IMG/VR virus record: IMGVR_UViG_3300044551_000092
Span: 64,001-128,000 of that record
Strand: one strand, 5' to 3'
Length of the DNA stretch: 64,000 nucleotides
Source of the DNA: a virus
Lineage: Duplodnaviria; Caudoviricetes
The notes beneath the pieces were generated by a model that saw only the letters and a program-made list of their open reading frames with translations, was not told the origin of the DNA and ran no database searches. Within the stretch, counting starts at the first letter, position 1. Every line of letters begins with the position of its first letter. This document shows positions 16,902 through 27,968 of the stretch, piece by piece. A program made the position numbers and the translations under genes.

Positions 16902-17582
16902 ATGGTACTTAAATTAACAATTGGCTTAGCAAAAGGAAAAGTTAGTTTTTTCGATCCGAAGACTAACGTTTATATAACACTTTCCGACCCAGTTCAAGAT
17001 CTCGAATTTTCGGATAATGCAGACCTGTCAGGTATTGCTCATGGATTATTTACTGAGCCGCCTGCATTAAAAATGTATACAGGTAAATTGCCTCAGCGGG
17101 CTATTGATGATTGGAAGGAAAAATTTAAAACCAAGGGAATCAAAATGGCAGAAAACCGAGCAGATCAAGTACAGGAGAACAGCCATGATACTTCAACAGT
17201 TCCGGATGCCCCTTCTGTTACGGCGACGGCAAAAGCTGAGGGATTTGATTTTTCGATTACTTTAGGAGCATCTGATGGCGGCAAGCCGATTAAGGGATTG
17301 AATGTATATGTAAAGAAAACCTCGGATCCAGATTGGGGAGAACCCAAACTTGTTATCAATGATCCGACGAAATTGACGGGATCAATTACTGGTTTAGAGA
17401 ACGGTACTCAATACACCGTTGTTGTTTTGGCTTTTAACGATGTTGGCGAAAGTATACGGAATGATGATTTGGCCGTTCATGTCACACCGGCTGAAGCCGG
17501 CACAGCTTCTGTAAATGTGGCTTCGACTTCACCATCAAAACAAACCACAAAGCGTCGTACTCGTACAACGACAGCTAAGTGA
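16902..17582 (+). CDS. fibronectin type III domain virion protein
   Basis: VPDAP..DGGKPI..ITGLENGTQYTVVVLAFNDVGES FN3 signature; basic C-terminal tail. Confidence 0.8.
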   Translation: MVLKLTIGLAKGKVSFFDPKTNVYITLSDPVQDLEFSDNADLSGIAHGLFTEPPALKMYTGKLPQRAIDDWKEKFKTKGIKMAENRADQVQENSHDTSTVPDAPSVTATAKAEGFDFSITLGASDGGKPIKGLNVYVKKTSDPDWGEPKLVINDPTKLTGSITGLENGTQYTVVVLAFNDVGESIRNDDLAVHVTPAEAGTASVNVASTSPSKQTTKRRTRTTTAK

Positions 17583-17595
17583 GTGGTGACCAGTT

Positions 17596-19641
17596 ATGGA
17601 ACCACGGTTTCAACAAAAGGTCATGCGGGCAAAAGAATCTCAACCGAGTAGGGAGGCTTCAGTCTATATGGGACAGACCTATGGTATCCATTTAACTTCC
17701 GGAGAATCTTTGCCTACTCAGCCAATAAGATGTTTTATTGAAGAGCGACTGCCGACAAAAGATCCAGAATATCACTCATTAAAACATCATGAATTTACTT
17801 TTCCCATTAACACGGATCAGATCAATTTACGACTTCGTCCAATCAATCGTTATGGTGAAGCTATGCCTGATATTGTTCAAAAGCGTATCCCTTTTGCTGG
17901 AAGTTGGGATTTTTCTAAAGATCGATTGCGGATCAAAGAATTTTTATCAGTTCCTTTAGGCGGAGTCACTGAATCTGAATGGCTAACGATTCATCCCGCA
18001 TCACAGGTCTCGGCAACACCAATGAACCAATTTCGATTGCGCGGTGTATCGAAAGACCATCAATTAAGTCAGTGGGTTTATTCTGAAATTCGGGGTTTAA
18101 AGAACGAACGGATTGTCTTTGAACTGCTCCATGATCTATTAGATACTTTAGTAAATGTTGATGACGAAGAGATTGACTATCTGTTGTCGCATGTTCTAAA
18201 GGATACCTTCCATGCCTTGATAAAGGATAATAAAGCCAAATTTGATTATGAATTTACAGATCAAAACAAAATGACTGCAATTATCAATGAGTTAAGTAGA
18301 GTAATGGCCAAAACAATCCGTTCCTCTTTTGATGAACAAATACTCAGTTCCACAGAAGAATTTACAGATCTAATACGGACATATCGCTTTAGTGATAAGA
18401 GCCAGAATAATTTTACTGATTTTTTAACACAAATTCTTGAACATTATTTGGATGAACATTATGAGGATATTGTTAAAAATACAGAAATTCAAGTAATTGC
18501 CCAAAATAGTGCAGAAATACAGGGATTTGTTCAAGGCCTGTATTCTTTTGAAGCCAAATCTGAACTTATAAAGACAATGTATCAGATTTATAGGCAGGAC
18601 CATTTTGTGGCGGCATTCGACGATGCTGTAAAATTAATTATAGGACCGGGGGCTTCTGAACTTTTTAAAGCTGCTCCTATCGAAGAAATCAGCAAATTCT
18701 TCCGAATGGTCGTGCAAGATCTCATTCTACCTTTGTCGATCCTCGAACATCCAAACGTCAGTGTACTGAATGAACTTAATGACGAAGAAAAATTAGAACT
18801 TGCGGACTCAATTGTGAAATATGACCTTATTAATGGCGATTTAATCAATCGTATGTTTCTTGTATATGATCGGTTTCCTTGGTTTAACATCAATGAAGAA
18901 AATTTTTACGTGTTGTACATAAAACAACTGATTGATGAGATTAAGGCCATCTATTCAGATAATATCAAATTATTATTATGTTACAACCCACATGAAACAT
19001 TAGCTTATCTTCTTCATATGCAGGAACATTTCTCATATAATATTGACCACATTTCTCATCATTTCGCTGAAGAGGAATCAGTATGTTGGTTAGAGGATTG
19101 GAAAACAGAAGAGGCCAAACAGTTACGCCACTTGAAAGAGTCTGTTAAAGGCATCATACAAGACTGGGCTTTGATTAAGAGTCAACCGAGCTGTTTCACC
19201 AAAGACAGTATATTACGGCTGATAAGAGAAAAATTTAGAAAACAAGATACCGTACAATTACAAGAAATATATGAAATCATCAATCAATCCATTTCAGAAG
19301 TTCTGAATTTGCTTGAAAATCCTAAACAATTAAAGGCAAATGACAATATCTATTCGTCCTTGATGGAGAAAGTACAGCAAATTTCAAATAATGAACTAAA
19401 CAAAGATGAAAAAGTTTTAACCGTCTTTCGAGAATTATTAGGACAACTTTATGAGTTGCATCTTGAGCTTAGAGCTCAGTTTCATTTTGTGGATACTACG
19501 CAACAAGACTTAATGGTTGGCTTGTCGGATGAATATCAGATTAAGGGCGATGAAGTTCATTATGCTCTTGGTGATATGAATAGTAAGTGGCCGATCGGAA
19601 AATTTGTATTAGGGTTAAACACACTTTCCGGAGAGAATTAA
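17596..19641 (+). CDS. hypothetical structural protein (681 aa)
   Basis: Long ORF within the structural operon; C-terminal WPIGKFVLGLNTL. Confidence 0.6.
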   Translation: MEPRFQQKVMRAKESQPSREASVYMGQTYGIHLTSGESLPTQPIRCFIEERLPTKDPEYHSLKHHEFTFPINTDQINLRLRPINRYGEAMPDIVQKRIPFAGSWDFSKDRLRIKEFLSVPLGGVTESEWLTIHPASQVSATPMNQFRLRGVSKDHQLSQWVYSEIRGLKNERIVFELLHDLLDTLVNVDDEEIDYLLSHVLKDTFHALIKDNKAKFDYEFTDQNKMTAIINELSRVMAKTIRSSFDEQILSSTEEFTDLIRTYRFSDKSQNNFTDFLTQILEHYLDEHYEDIVKNTEIQVIAQNSAEIQGFVQGLYSFEAKSELIKTMYQIYRQDHFVAAFDDAVKLIIGPGASELFKAAPIEEISKFFRMVVQDLILPLSILEHPNVSVLNELNDEEKLELADSIVKYDLINGDLINRMFLVYDRFPWFNINEENFYVLYIKQLIDEIKAIYSDNIKLLLCYNPHETLAYLLHMQEHFSYNIDHISHHFAEEESVCWLEDWKTEEAKQLRHLKESVKGIIQDWALIKSQPSCFTKDSILRLIREKFRKQDTVQLQEIYEIINQSISEVLNLLENPKQLKANDNIYSSLMEKVQQISNNELNKDEKVLTVFRELLGQLYELHLELRAQFHFVDTTQQDLMVGLSDEYQIKGDEVHYALGDMNSKWPIGKFVLGLNTLSGEN

Positions 19642-19666
19642 CTACTATAAAAAAGAGGTGCCATTC

Positions 19667-21748
19667 ATGTCAAATGTTTTTGAAACACTTATGGCGTTAC
19701 TTCCTGAAAGTCCGAAGAAAAGGATGATTAGGGCAAAATATAATAATCTTATGGCGGCTCGTCAGAAGGGGAATGGCTTGGCTGATCATTTTGAATTAAA
19801 GCCAAAGGGCCATATTAAAATTGAAGCCATCGACAACAATGGCCGGGTAACAGGAACATTAGCAGATCAAAGCAATCTGGTCGTCAATGGGGCTGAAGAA
19901 ATTATGATGAAGGCATTGGCTGGAGATCCGGCACATGTCCTCTATCAGAATCGATTTCTTAAACAGGATGAGTCTAGCGTTTACTTTATTCAAACCGATC
20001 ATCTTATTGATGTGGTGAATGGGGAAAATGTATTAGCCGTTCTGCCAAATGATATTTGGAGCGTAGTTGATGAAAATGAATTCACTACTGAATTTTCTTT
20101 TAGTCCAATAACTGTCTATTTGGTGGAAGTTGAGTCAACAAGGCCAGGACAAAAAGCCTTTAAAATCGTAAAAGATCCAACCGCAGAAACGGCGTCACTT
20201 ACAGCGGAATTGTATAGCGGGTATAGCCCATTATTTATCGGCATTGGTGATGGCAAGAATTATCACGTGCCATTCAATTCGGGTTTGCTAACGCTATCTC
20301 CCGGATTCGGTGGTGACTCAGAACGAAAGACCACCACGTTAAATGACAAGATCACATTTAAACAAAAAATCACGAATTTCCAGGTCGATTACAAGACTTC
20401 AAAACTCGGTGGCCAATTTACTATTTCAGTGAATGGAAAAGCAGTTAAAACCGTAGATACGTATGATAAAGATCTGGCTGACGGAGCTTACGGTGATGGA
20501 TCTGTTGTAATTGATTCATTAGACCCGCTCAACGAATCGGATGTCGAAATTAAATTTTCTGGTAAAAATGACGCCGTCGAAACTCCAGAATTGACGATTC
20601 ATGCGCTCTATTTTGATGCTTTTCAAAAAAACGACAATAAGCTTATTCATGAGCTAGAAGATTTCACAACAGTGTTTGATACGCCGGCCTATTACAATAC
20701 ATCAGCCGGTGCACCGTACTATGTTCAGCTTGATCATTTTCCGGTAGTCCCAAGCTCCGTGAAAGTCCAGTATAATTCAACAACATTTGAACCCGTCGAA
20801 GACCAAGAAGATTTAGCGGAAAATAAATATTTTGTTGATAATAAGTATGGAAAAATATATTTTACCTCAGCTTTAACAAATCTGTTGATTACTTATGAAA
20901 TTACAGGCCAACAGTATGCCACATTTAATCTAAAGGATCTTGAGGCGGGGACTATTAAACAAACAGTAGATTCAGAAACCCCCATTGGAGCGATTGACGG
21001 ACAAAATAAGAGCTTTAGCTTAGCTAATAAGGACATTATTCCTGAATCGGAAATCATCAAATTCAGCGATGCAGAATTGAAGCGGGGAGAAGATTATACG
21101 ATTAACAATGAAGATGGAACGATTGCTTTCAATACTGCTCCCGCCAAAGGTGGAACAATCACAGCCTCCTATCAATTTGGAATAAGTGCCAAAAAACTAA
21201 GCTTTGAAGACAAGCTGATAGATGACAGCATTATGATTAACGATGCAGATCGAGGACAATCTTATTCCAAAGTGGATGCTTCTTCTGATTTTAAGGCTGG
21301 AACCTTTATTCTTAATCCTGACGATGAGGATCATAAGTCCATTCTGCTTTTGCCATTAACCGACGTTGACCCTGAAAAGGCTGGATTAGAGATTTTCTTC
21401 AAAACCGATGATCTACCCGGTGTTCCAACCAATTATAAGCGTCAGCTTATCGTGAAGCCTAAGCGTGGAAAGGATGCCCCTTGGTTTGCTCTAGATAAAG
21501 GTGAAATCGAATTTGTTACTGAATTCCCTGAAAATCTGCCGGCAATGAACATGACGATTCGGGAAATGGGATTGTTCGATGGTCCTCGATCAGAAGACCA
21601 AGTCAGAGGATATAATAATTATCCAGTTAAAGCATTCTCTTTAGTACGTGTTGGCGATTCAATTAAAGAAATATCAACTGGTATTCGTATTACCTGGACG
21701 ATTACTCTGCTCAATGAAGATGGGCAACCTTTTCATGGCGGTTATTAA
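19667..21748 (+). CDS. tail-collar/fibre-like structural protein with inserted beta modules
   Basis: N-terminal KGHIKIE..NLVVNG and C-terminal IREMGLF..IKEISTGIRITWTI; paralogue of the next gene. Confidence 0.6.
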   Translation: MSNVFETLMALLPESPKKRMIRAKYNNLMAARQKGNGLADHFELKPKGHIKIEAIDNNGRVTGTLADQSNLVVNGAEEIMMKALAGDPAHVLYQNRFLKQDESSVYFIQTDHLIDVVNGENVLAVLPNDIWSVVDENEFTTEFSFSPITVYLVEVESTRPGQKAFKIVKDPTAETASLTAELYSGYSPLFIGIGDGKNYHVPFNSGLLTLSPGFGGDSERKTTTLNDKITFKQKITNFQVDYKTSKLGGQFTISVNGKAVKTVDTYDKDLADGAYGDGSVVIDSLDPLNESDVEIKFSGKNDAVETPELTIHALYFDAFQKNDNKLIHELEDFTTVFDTPAYYNTSAGAPYYVQLDHFPVVPSSVKVQYNSTTFEPVEDQEDLAENKYFVDNKYGKIYFTSALTNLLITYEITGQQYATFNLKDLEAGTIKQTVDSETPIGAIDGQNKSFSLANKDIIPESEIIKFSDAELKRGEDYTINNEDGTIAFNTAPAKGGTITASYQFGISAKKLSFEDKLIDDSIMINDADRGQSYSKVDASSDFKAGTFILNPDDEDHKSILLLPLTDVDPEKAGLEIFFKTDDLPGVPTNYKRQLIVKPKRGKDAPWFALDKGEIEFVTEFPENLPAMNMTIREMGLFDGPRSEDQVRGYNNYPVKAFSLVRVGDSIKEISTGIRITWTITLLNEDGQPFHGGY

Positions 21749-21778
21749 TAAAAAATCTAAAATATGAGGTGAACTCAC

Positions 21779-23506
21779 GTGCTTAATGACTTGGTAACTT
21801 CTTCTGTAATGAATCCAAAAGGTCATGTAAAAATAGAATTATACGATGAAAAACGTGGTGTGTTTTTTACGAAGGAAAAACACAATTTAATAGTCTTAGA
21901 CGCAAACAAAGTTATTGCTCAGATACTCGCCGACCCAAGTAAAATGAATCGTGCATCAAAAATTGATAAGGGCGACACAAGCGCCGAGGCTGATGAAAAT
22001 GGTGAGTTTGAATTTCCACTTTCTATTAGCCATGAAAAGGTCGGGACTTTTCAACAGTCTTTTGGTGCCGATAATACAAACACAGATGTAACTTTATCTA
22101 ATGGACATATTACGAAACTGATCAGCGCCAAGATTGGCGACAGCGAAGTAGACTTAAATACAGTCAGTATTAAAGACGCCGCGGCTGGTACGATCGCGTT
22201 TGCGACCGCGCCCCAAGGTGATCTAACGGTCAACTTTCAATATGTTAGTAATCCACTTAATTCAATAATTATAGGTACACTTGTAGTAAAAGTTGGTTCA
22301 GACGTGTATGGAATCGCTGAGGCACCAAGCGATGATAATAAAACTTGTGTCATTGATTATGCTCGCGGAATTATTGCTTTTCAAAGCAAAAAAGAAGACG
22401 TAACTGTTTCATATGACTATGAATCCAAATATACACTCGGTTATATCGGCGTAGCTGATAAGCCGACAGATCATCCCGACTTTAAACCGGTAACTTATTC
22501 CGATAAAGATAAACTATTGACCAGTCTGGAAAATGAATATCTTGATGGGCGCGTTCCAGTTCAATTTCCGGCTGAAATATCTGAAGGCAAGCCGGAAATT
22601 GAGACTCTGTTGACTCAGCCGATTGCCGAAGATGAAAGTAGTGCCGATATTAAAATTCTTGACGGAACTTTGGAATATACGCTGGATGATTCAAAAAAAC
22701 TCTTGAGTATTACTTCTGTTATTCGCAAATCTGATGAGCATGTTATGGATCCAGGAGATTATACTTTAAATGGAACGAAAATCGCCTTTATTGAAGGTAA
22801 GGTAAACACGGACGAAGAATTTACTGTCAATTTCAAATTTCAGAAAGATAACACGTATCTTAATTATCAATTGAACTCCGCCCCCGTTTTCTCACTTGAA
22901 CGAGTCATTCATACTAGTGCAGCGGATGGAAAACAAACTGTATTTGAAATAGAGAATCGTGGACTGACAATTGGTAAAGGTGATGTCTGGCTGTTAAACC
23001 CCGCGATTGGACTTATTCAGTTTAGTGAGGTTCCGAAGAACGGCGTCCCTGTTAATACACCTGGCACGCTGACAATTGAATATAAAATTAATGCAGGCAC
23101 GGTCGTTAATTTTACTGCTGATTTTCCAAAGGGTATTCCTGGTCCATCTTTAGAAGAAACAACAGACACGTTTACGATGAGTGACAGTGCAACTTTTACA
23201 TTGAATCATCCGGTTGCTGTAGACGCAGATCAAAAAGATTTAATTGAATCAGTTAAAGTCAATGGTGGCGATGCAGAATTTACACTGCATACCGATAAGA
23301 TTCAAATTGATGTGCCATCAGCTAAATCAGATGACACAATTGAAGTGACCTACAAATATACAGAAGAAAGCCACTCAATCTATCAGGTGGCCATGTTCGA
23401 CAGCCTTGACAGAGCGACCAGCAAAATGTTTAATATCAGCGGTATCGGACCGATCACTAAGGATAAAAACACCGGCATGCGTGTTACATGGTCGATCTCG
23501 TTCTAA
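21779..23506 (+). CDS. tail-collar/fibre-like structural protein, paralogue
   Basis: KGHVKIE..HNLIV..; C-terminal ITKDKNTGMRVTWSISF. Confidence 0.6.
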   Translation: MLNDLVTSSVMNPKGHVKIELYDEKRGVFFTKEKHNLIVLDANKVIAQILADPSKMNRASKIDKGDTSAEADENGEFEFPLSISHEKVGTFQQSFGADNTNTDVTLSNGHITKLISAKIGDSEVDLNTVSIKDAAAGTIAFATAPQGDLTVNFQYVSNPLNSIIIGTLVVKVGSDVYGIAEAPSDDNKTCVIDYARGIIAFQSKKEDVTVSYDYESKYTLGYIGVADKPTDHPDFKPVTYSDKDKLLTSLENEYLDGRVPVQFPAEISEGKPEIETLLTQPIAEDESSADIKILDGTLEYTLDDSKKLLSITSVIRKSDEHVMDPGDYTLNGTKIAFIEGKVNTDEEFTVNFKFQKDNTYLNYQLNSAPVFSLERVIHTSAADGKQTVFEIENRGLTIGKGDVWLLNPAIGLIQFSEVPKNGVPVNTPGTLTIEYKINAGTVVNFTADFPKGIPGPSLEETTDTFTMSDSATFTLNHPVAVDADQKDLIESVKVNGGDAEFTLHTDKIQIDVPSAKSDDTIEVTYKYTEESHSIYQVAMFDSLDRATSKMFNISGIGPITKDKNTGMRVTWSISF

Positions 23507-23537
23507 TCTGAAAAATAATAGGGGAGGAATAAACGAT

Positions 23538-24050
23538 ATGGGACTTGCCAATTATATGGACCGTATCGCCTTCCTAGATGGACAAGTGTTACACGATTAT
23601 CATTTGAATATTATGCAGAAAAATATGGCAGAAGCCATTAAGACAAGAATAGTTCAGGAGCGATACGACATGCTAATGCTCGTATCGCCCTATAACTATT
23701 ATTTTTCTGAATCATTTGTGAATGATGATCAACGAGATCCATCTAGTACAGCGATTCTCAATACACAATCTTTTTGTATTACCAGTGACTCTTGGATTAC
23801 CCGTTTTCTTCAATTACCGACAGCAACCTCAGAAATCTGTCTAATGTCAGATTATGAAGATAATGTCAAAGAAGAGGCGTTTGTTTCTTTCTATTATCGG
23901 ACTGCCGGCGATGCTCCGTGGATTAAAGTAATTATCGACCAGGAAATTACTTTGCCGACGCCATCCGATAAAATTCAAATCAAGATTGAATGCCAGTATA
24001 AAACAACTGTAAGCCCAATTGTATACGATTTTGCGCTGATGTCGAAATGA
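23538..24050 (+). CDS. hypothetical virion protein (170 aa)
   Basis: RBS ggaggaa before ATG 23538; FLDGQVLHDYHLNIMQ resembles a fibre-type N-terminus. Confidence 0.65.
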   Translation: MGLANYMDRIAFLDGQVLHDYHLNIMQKNMAEAIKTRIVQERYDMLMLVSPYNYYFSESFVNDDQRDPSSTAILNTQSFCITSDSWITRFLQLPTATSEICLMSDYEDNVKEEAFVSFYYRTAGDAPWIKVIIDQEITLPTPSDKIQIKIECQYKTTVSPIVYDFALMSK

Positions 24051-24065
24051 GAGGGGAAGAAAGAG

Positions 24066-24389
24066 ATGGCACACGTAAGACAAGTCGCTGATTTTCCATT
24101 ATTCCGGACAAAAATTGGTGTTATGCCCAATTTTACAGGATCGGAACATGTCGATCGTGAGACCCCGCGAGGCGATGTCAATGGTGAAAATAAAGAATTC
24201 AGTCTTCTTCATTTGCCGATTAACGGATCAGAACAGATCTTTAAAAATGGGATTTTCATGACTCGGGAGACAGACTATCAAATTGATTACAAAACAGGGG
24301 CTATTGTTTTTAATGACGATCAAGTGCCGCAACAAAACACTATAATTCGTGTTGCTTATGACTATATGCGGACAGGGGAGAGTGGATAA
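24066..24389 (+). CDS. stand-alone beta-module virion protein
   Basis: ETPRGDVNGENKEFSL..DYQIDYKTGAIVF matches modules in the 19667 protein. Confidence 0.65.
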   Translation: MAHVRQVADFPLFRTKIGVMPNFTGSEHVDRETPRGDVNGENKEFSLLHLPINGSEQIFKNGIFMTRETDYQIDYKTGAIVFNDDQVPQQNTIIRVAYDYMRTGESG

Positions 24390-25312
24390 TGGATTTTGTT
24401 TTTCGATCCTTGCCAAGAAATGGTTCAACTGTTCCTGTTGATGCTGAAATAGAAATTTATTTCTTGAATGATATTAATATCAAAGCTCTTGATACAAGTA
24501 AGATATTTCTTAGTAATTTAACAGATTCGGTTTACGTTCCTATCAATTATGAATATGATCACAGGATCTTGAAAATTAAGCCGACCGTTGAATTGAAAAG
24601 CAATCACCATTATCAAATTCAATTATTGGGTGGTCCAAAAGGAATTCAGGATATACTTGGCAATACAATGGATCTGACTTATATGTCTGAGTTCACTACT
24701 GAAAAAAATAAGCAGATTGCTGCTCCAGAACTATTAACGCCAAGTAATGATACAATTATCCACCAATTGCCATCGATCTCGTGGAAGCCTGTTGATCGTG
24801 CTGATTATTATTTAGTGGAACTGTCTACGTCTCGTGATTTTCATGTCATTGTGTGGCCGGAGACTACAGAATTTCTAAAAATTCATGAGACAAGCATCAT
24901 TCCAGATGTTGATTTGGCTCAAGGGAATTATTATCTAAGGGTAATTGCGGTTGATTCATCTGGTAAACAAAGTGATTATTCACAGATTATACAATTCTAC
25001 TATTCGCCAGTATCTGCTTCGCCAAACGATCCAACACTACCGGAAGGACCAGAGGACGATATGTCGGGCATAACTGTTCAAACAAAATTGACCGCACTTC
25101 AGCCAAAAACACAGCTTGAAGCCATACAGAATGCCTCAGATGACCCAATGATCCCAATAGATGCTTTTGATATAGATTCAAGTGTACCAAAGGATCAAAC
25201 GAATAATGTCCCCTTGACTCGATTAAATGCATTAATCATAAATTTTAATCAAAATATTTCGACTGAAAGTGTGACCGATCAGAGTTGCTATCTTGTTGCT
25301 GAGAAGAATTAA
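24389..25312 (+). CDS. Ig-like (SbsA/Big_5 and FN3-like) virion protein
   Basis: PRNGSTVPVDAEIEIYF..LKIKPTVELKSNHHYQI..GIQDILGN. Confidence 0.7.
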   Translation: MDFVFRSLPRNGSTVPVDAEIEIYFLNDINIKALDTSKIFLSNLTDSVYVPINYEYDHRILKIKPTVELKSNHHYQIQLLGGPKGIQDILGNTMDLTYMSEFTTEKNKQIAAPELLTPSNDTIIHQLPSISWKPVDRADYYLVELSTSRDFHVIVWPETTEFLKIHETSIIPDVDLAQGNYYLRVIAVDSSGKQSDYSQIIQFYYSPVSASPNDPTLPEGPEDDMSGITVQTKLTALQPKTQLEAIQNASDDPMIPIDAFDIDSSVPKDQTNNVPLTRLNALIINFNQNISTESVTDQSCYLVAEKN

Positions 25313-25332
25313 TGAGGAAGTGAAAAGTCGAA

Positions 25333-26445
25333 ATGAATCAAAATAACGAAATAACTAGAAATAGAAAGATTCATTTAGAATTTATCGCTTTTAATCGTAC
25401 GAATCATCCAATAGCCCTTGATCGGCCGCCAGAGGTAACGATTAAACGTAAGAATCCAAATGGTCTTCAACTAATAGATAATGTTAAACTAAATGTGATG
25501 AAAAATCTTTCTTATAGCACAGATTATAATACCAGAAAATTATCTGCTGGAAGTTATTTTCTAATCTATCAAGGATTTTATCATCAAAAAAAAATAAGTA
25601 AAACTGATTCTGTTTCTATAGTTGAACCAGCGGTCAAAGTGCTGGAAACGGAATCTGAAGATAATGCTGAAACATCTTCGACTGATTTAACTAAAGCCAT
25701 TCTACCTCCTGATTATCAAATTGAAACACAGAAGGTAATCAAAAATCAACAAATTACAATCACGCCAATCACTAAGCTTAATTATAATACCGATTATGTG
25801 ATTGTTCTCGGTTCGTCTATTCAATCTGAAAATGGTGATTCTTTAGAACAAACCAAAACGATTCAATTCAGTTCTGAGTTTTGTCCATTGTATGCCGAAC
25901 CAAATGAATTAAAAAACCCGCTAGGTGTTTTCTTCAATTTGTTTAAACAAAAGGCTTTATATATTGAACTAAGAAATGCCAGTCAAAAAGCACATCAATT
26001 AATTGGACGGACACCCGATCCGAATAATACATCGTTTCAGCTTCTTACGGAATTGGATACGCAATATTTCCCAACGACGAAATTTGTGATCTATGAAGCA
26101 GCTATTCATTTACTTAATCAATTGCTTTTTATTTTGATTTCTAAACAAGAAAATATATCATCCGATCCTGATACCGGAGAAATTATTGATACATCTGATC
26201 TGGCCAAATTTACACTTGGTGATTTGAGTGTTGAATCGCAATCAACATCGGATGGTAATGGAAATTCTAATAGCTCTAGTCAAATAAATTATGTCAATTT
26301 AATCAATACAATGTTGGCTGACGCAAATCGGAACCTTTTGTTTTGGCAAGATGCTTTGCTGAATCGAAATGCCAGAGGTTATAGTTCGCCACTTAGCGCA
26401 GTAACTAGATCAGGGACGACAGCACCAACAAGTAGGGATTTTTAA
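25333..26445 (+). CDS. Ig-like domain plus head-tail adaptor-like protein
   Basis: ITITPITKLNYNTDYVIVLG Ig module; FTLGDLSVE adaptor-like motif; position. Confidence 0.5.
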   Translation: MNQNNEITRNRKIHLEFIAFNRTNHPIALDRPPEVTIKRKNPNGLQLIDNVKLNVMKNLSYSTDYNTRKLSAGSYFLIYQGFYHQKKISKTDSVSIVEPAVKVLETESEDNAETSSTDLTKAILPPDYQIETQKVIKNQQITITPITKLNYNTDYVIVLGSSIQSENGDSLEQTKTIQFSSEFCPLYAEPNELKNPLGVFFNLFKQKALYIELRNASQKAHQLIGRTPDPNNTSFQLLTELDTQYFPTTKFVIYEAAIHLLNQLLFILISKQENISSDPDTGEIIDTSDLAKFTLGDLSVESQSTSDGNGNSNSSSQINYVNLINTMLADANRNLLFWQDALLNRNARGYSSPLSAVTRSGTTAPTSRDF

Positions 26446-26924
26446 TGGACATTCGAGCTGAAGTAAAAAAAATATTAGAAAACTACGGACATTATGTTCT
26501 CTATCTTCGTCGAGATCTTCGGTTAAAATGCGACTGTTATCAGGAAAACGCGGAAACTGCAGATCCAAACTGTCCATTATGCTTTGGAACGGGTTATAAA
26601 GTATCGATTGAGAAAATATTAGCACGGCGTCAATCAAGCTCTAATAATTCAACCGTGCCTAATAATTTACTTAATCAATCTGCCGGTAAATTCTACAATA
26701 ATCCAATGATCTATTATCTTCCCTATCAGGTTAATCCAAAAAACGGAGATCTGATTATAGAAGTGAAATGGATGAACCAAAAAGCTACTGGCATTAAAGA
26801 GAAACACTTTATTACAAATGTTCAAGATAAACGAGGCATAAATGGATCCGTGATGTTTTTTCAAGTTTATTGTCAGAATGAGCCTCGTGGAGTGAATGAC
26901 AATGCTCGTATCTCCAAAGATTAA
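26445..26924 (+). CDS. neck/head-closure protein
   Basis: C-x-C..C-xx-C-x-GTG Zn motif; position. Confidence 0.55.
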   Translation: MDIRAEVKKILENYGHYVLYLRRDLRLKCDCYQENAETADPNCPLCFGTGYKVSIEKILARRQSSSNNSTVPNNLLNQSAGKFYNNPMIYYLPYQVNPKNGDLIIEVKWMNQKATGIKEKHFITNVQDKRGINGSVMFFQVYCQNEPRGVNDNARISKD

Positions 26925-27954
26925 TTATCAAAGAAATTCACCGGTTACTCTGTATCGTGAAATACCTGAGGGGAAGAGTCTTATTGTTGCTGGAACCTCG
27001 GAAAAAGGTACACTATATAATCCAATCCGTATTCATAATGAGGATAATGTCATCGACAATTTTGGTTCTGGCCCATTGCTTGACCGGTATCATGAGTTAA
27101 TTTACTATTTTCAAAACATGGACGTTTATATGATGCGAATAGAAGCAAATAGTTATTCTCCGATTTACCGTGTGCTGTCCAGTTTTGATTGTGATTACCT
27201 TTATATAGATCAATTCAATTTCGGAAACAGCAAACAGAATCTTGTTGATTTCGTGGATTTTGCACTTGATCAAGAAGCACGAGGCCGATGGGTGCATCTA
27301 TTTTCAGAAATTATGCCAATAGAAACTGATGGAGATTTAGAGCAGGTCAAAGCCTGCATCGCTGGATTGACGCTTTACTATAATAATACACTTCATGAGT
27401 TTGGTCGTTTCTTTTCGGCAGTTTATGATCAATTTTCTAATGCGAAAGCAGGCATAGTTTATGCAGGTATCTTGCTATCTTTAGATAATGAGATTTCTCC
27501 GATTAATAAAACGATAGATCATGTTTATTTATCTAAAGAATTTACCAGAAAACAACTTTTCGATTTAGATCATTCTGGGATTGTTTGCTTTAGAAACAGC
27601 CTCAAAAGAGGCATTGTCTGTGCGGCAGCTCCGTGTGCTTGCAACACACCCGGCAGCGCTTATGGTCATATTACAAATTTTAGAATTATGCAATATCTCA
27701 TTAACATGGTCCAGAATTCATTCAATAAATATATCGGTAAACTCAATTTGCTAATGTATGAGAATGACATGAATAGCTTACTTGACCAGATTCTAGATCA
27801 AATGAAAAATGACGAAATGATTCGGGATTATGATTTCAGGATTGACCTTGATGAAGCATCCATGTATACCGTTGCTAACCTCAATATCTTAGCCGTTCCA
27901 ATTTTTACAACGAAAACGATTCGTGCCTCGGTGCAGCTAAGAATCTTTAAATAA
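26896..27954 (+). CDS. short tail-sheath-like protein
   Basis: AGTSEKGTLYNPIRI..FGSG N-terminus; SPINK, YIGKLN and AVPIFTTKTI C-terminus parallel the main sheath. Confidence 0.65.
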   Translation: MTMLVSPKINYQRNSPVTLYREIPEGKSLIVAGTSEKGTLYNPIRIHNEDNVIDNFGSGPLLDRYHELIYYFQNMDVYMMRIEANSYSPIYRVLSSFDCDYLYIDQFNFGNSKQNLVDFVDFALDQEARGRWVHLFSEIMPIETDGDLEQVKACIAGLTLYYNNTLHEFGRFFSAVYDQFSNAKAGIVYAGILLSLDNEISPINKTIDHVYLSKEFTRKQLFDLDHSGIVCFRNSLKRGIVCAAAPCACNTPGSAYGHITNFRIMQYLINMVQNSFNKYIGKLNLLMYENDMNSLLDQILDQMKNDEMIRDYDFRIDLDEASMYTVANLNILAVPIFTTKTIRASVQLRIFK

Positions 27955-27968
27955 AAGAGTGACTTTCG

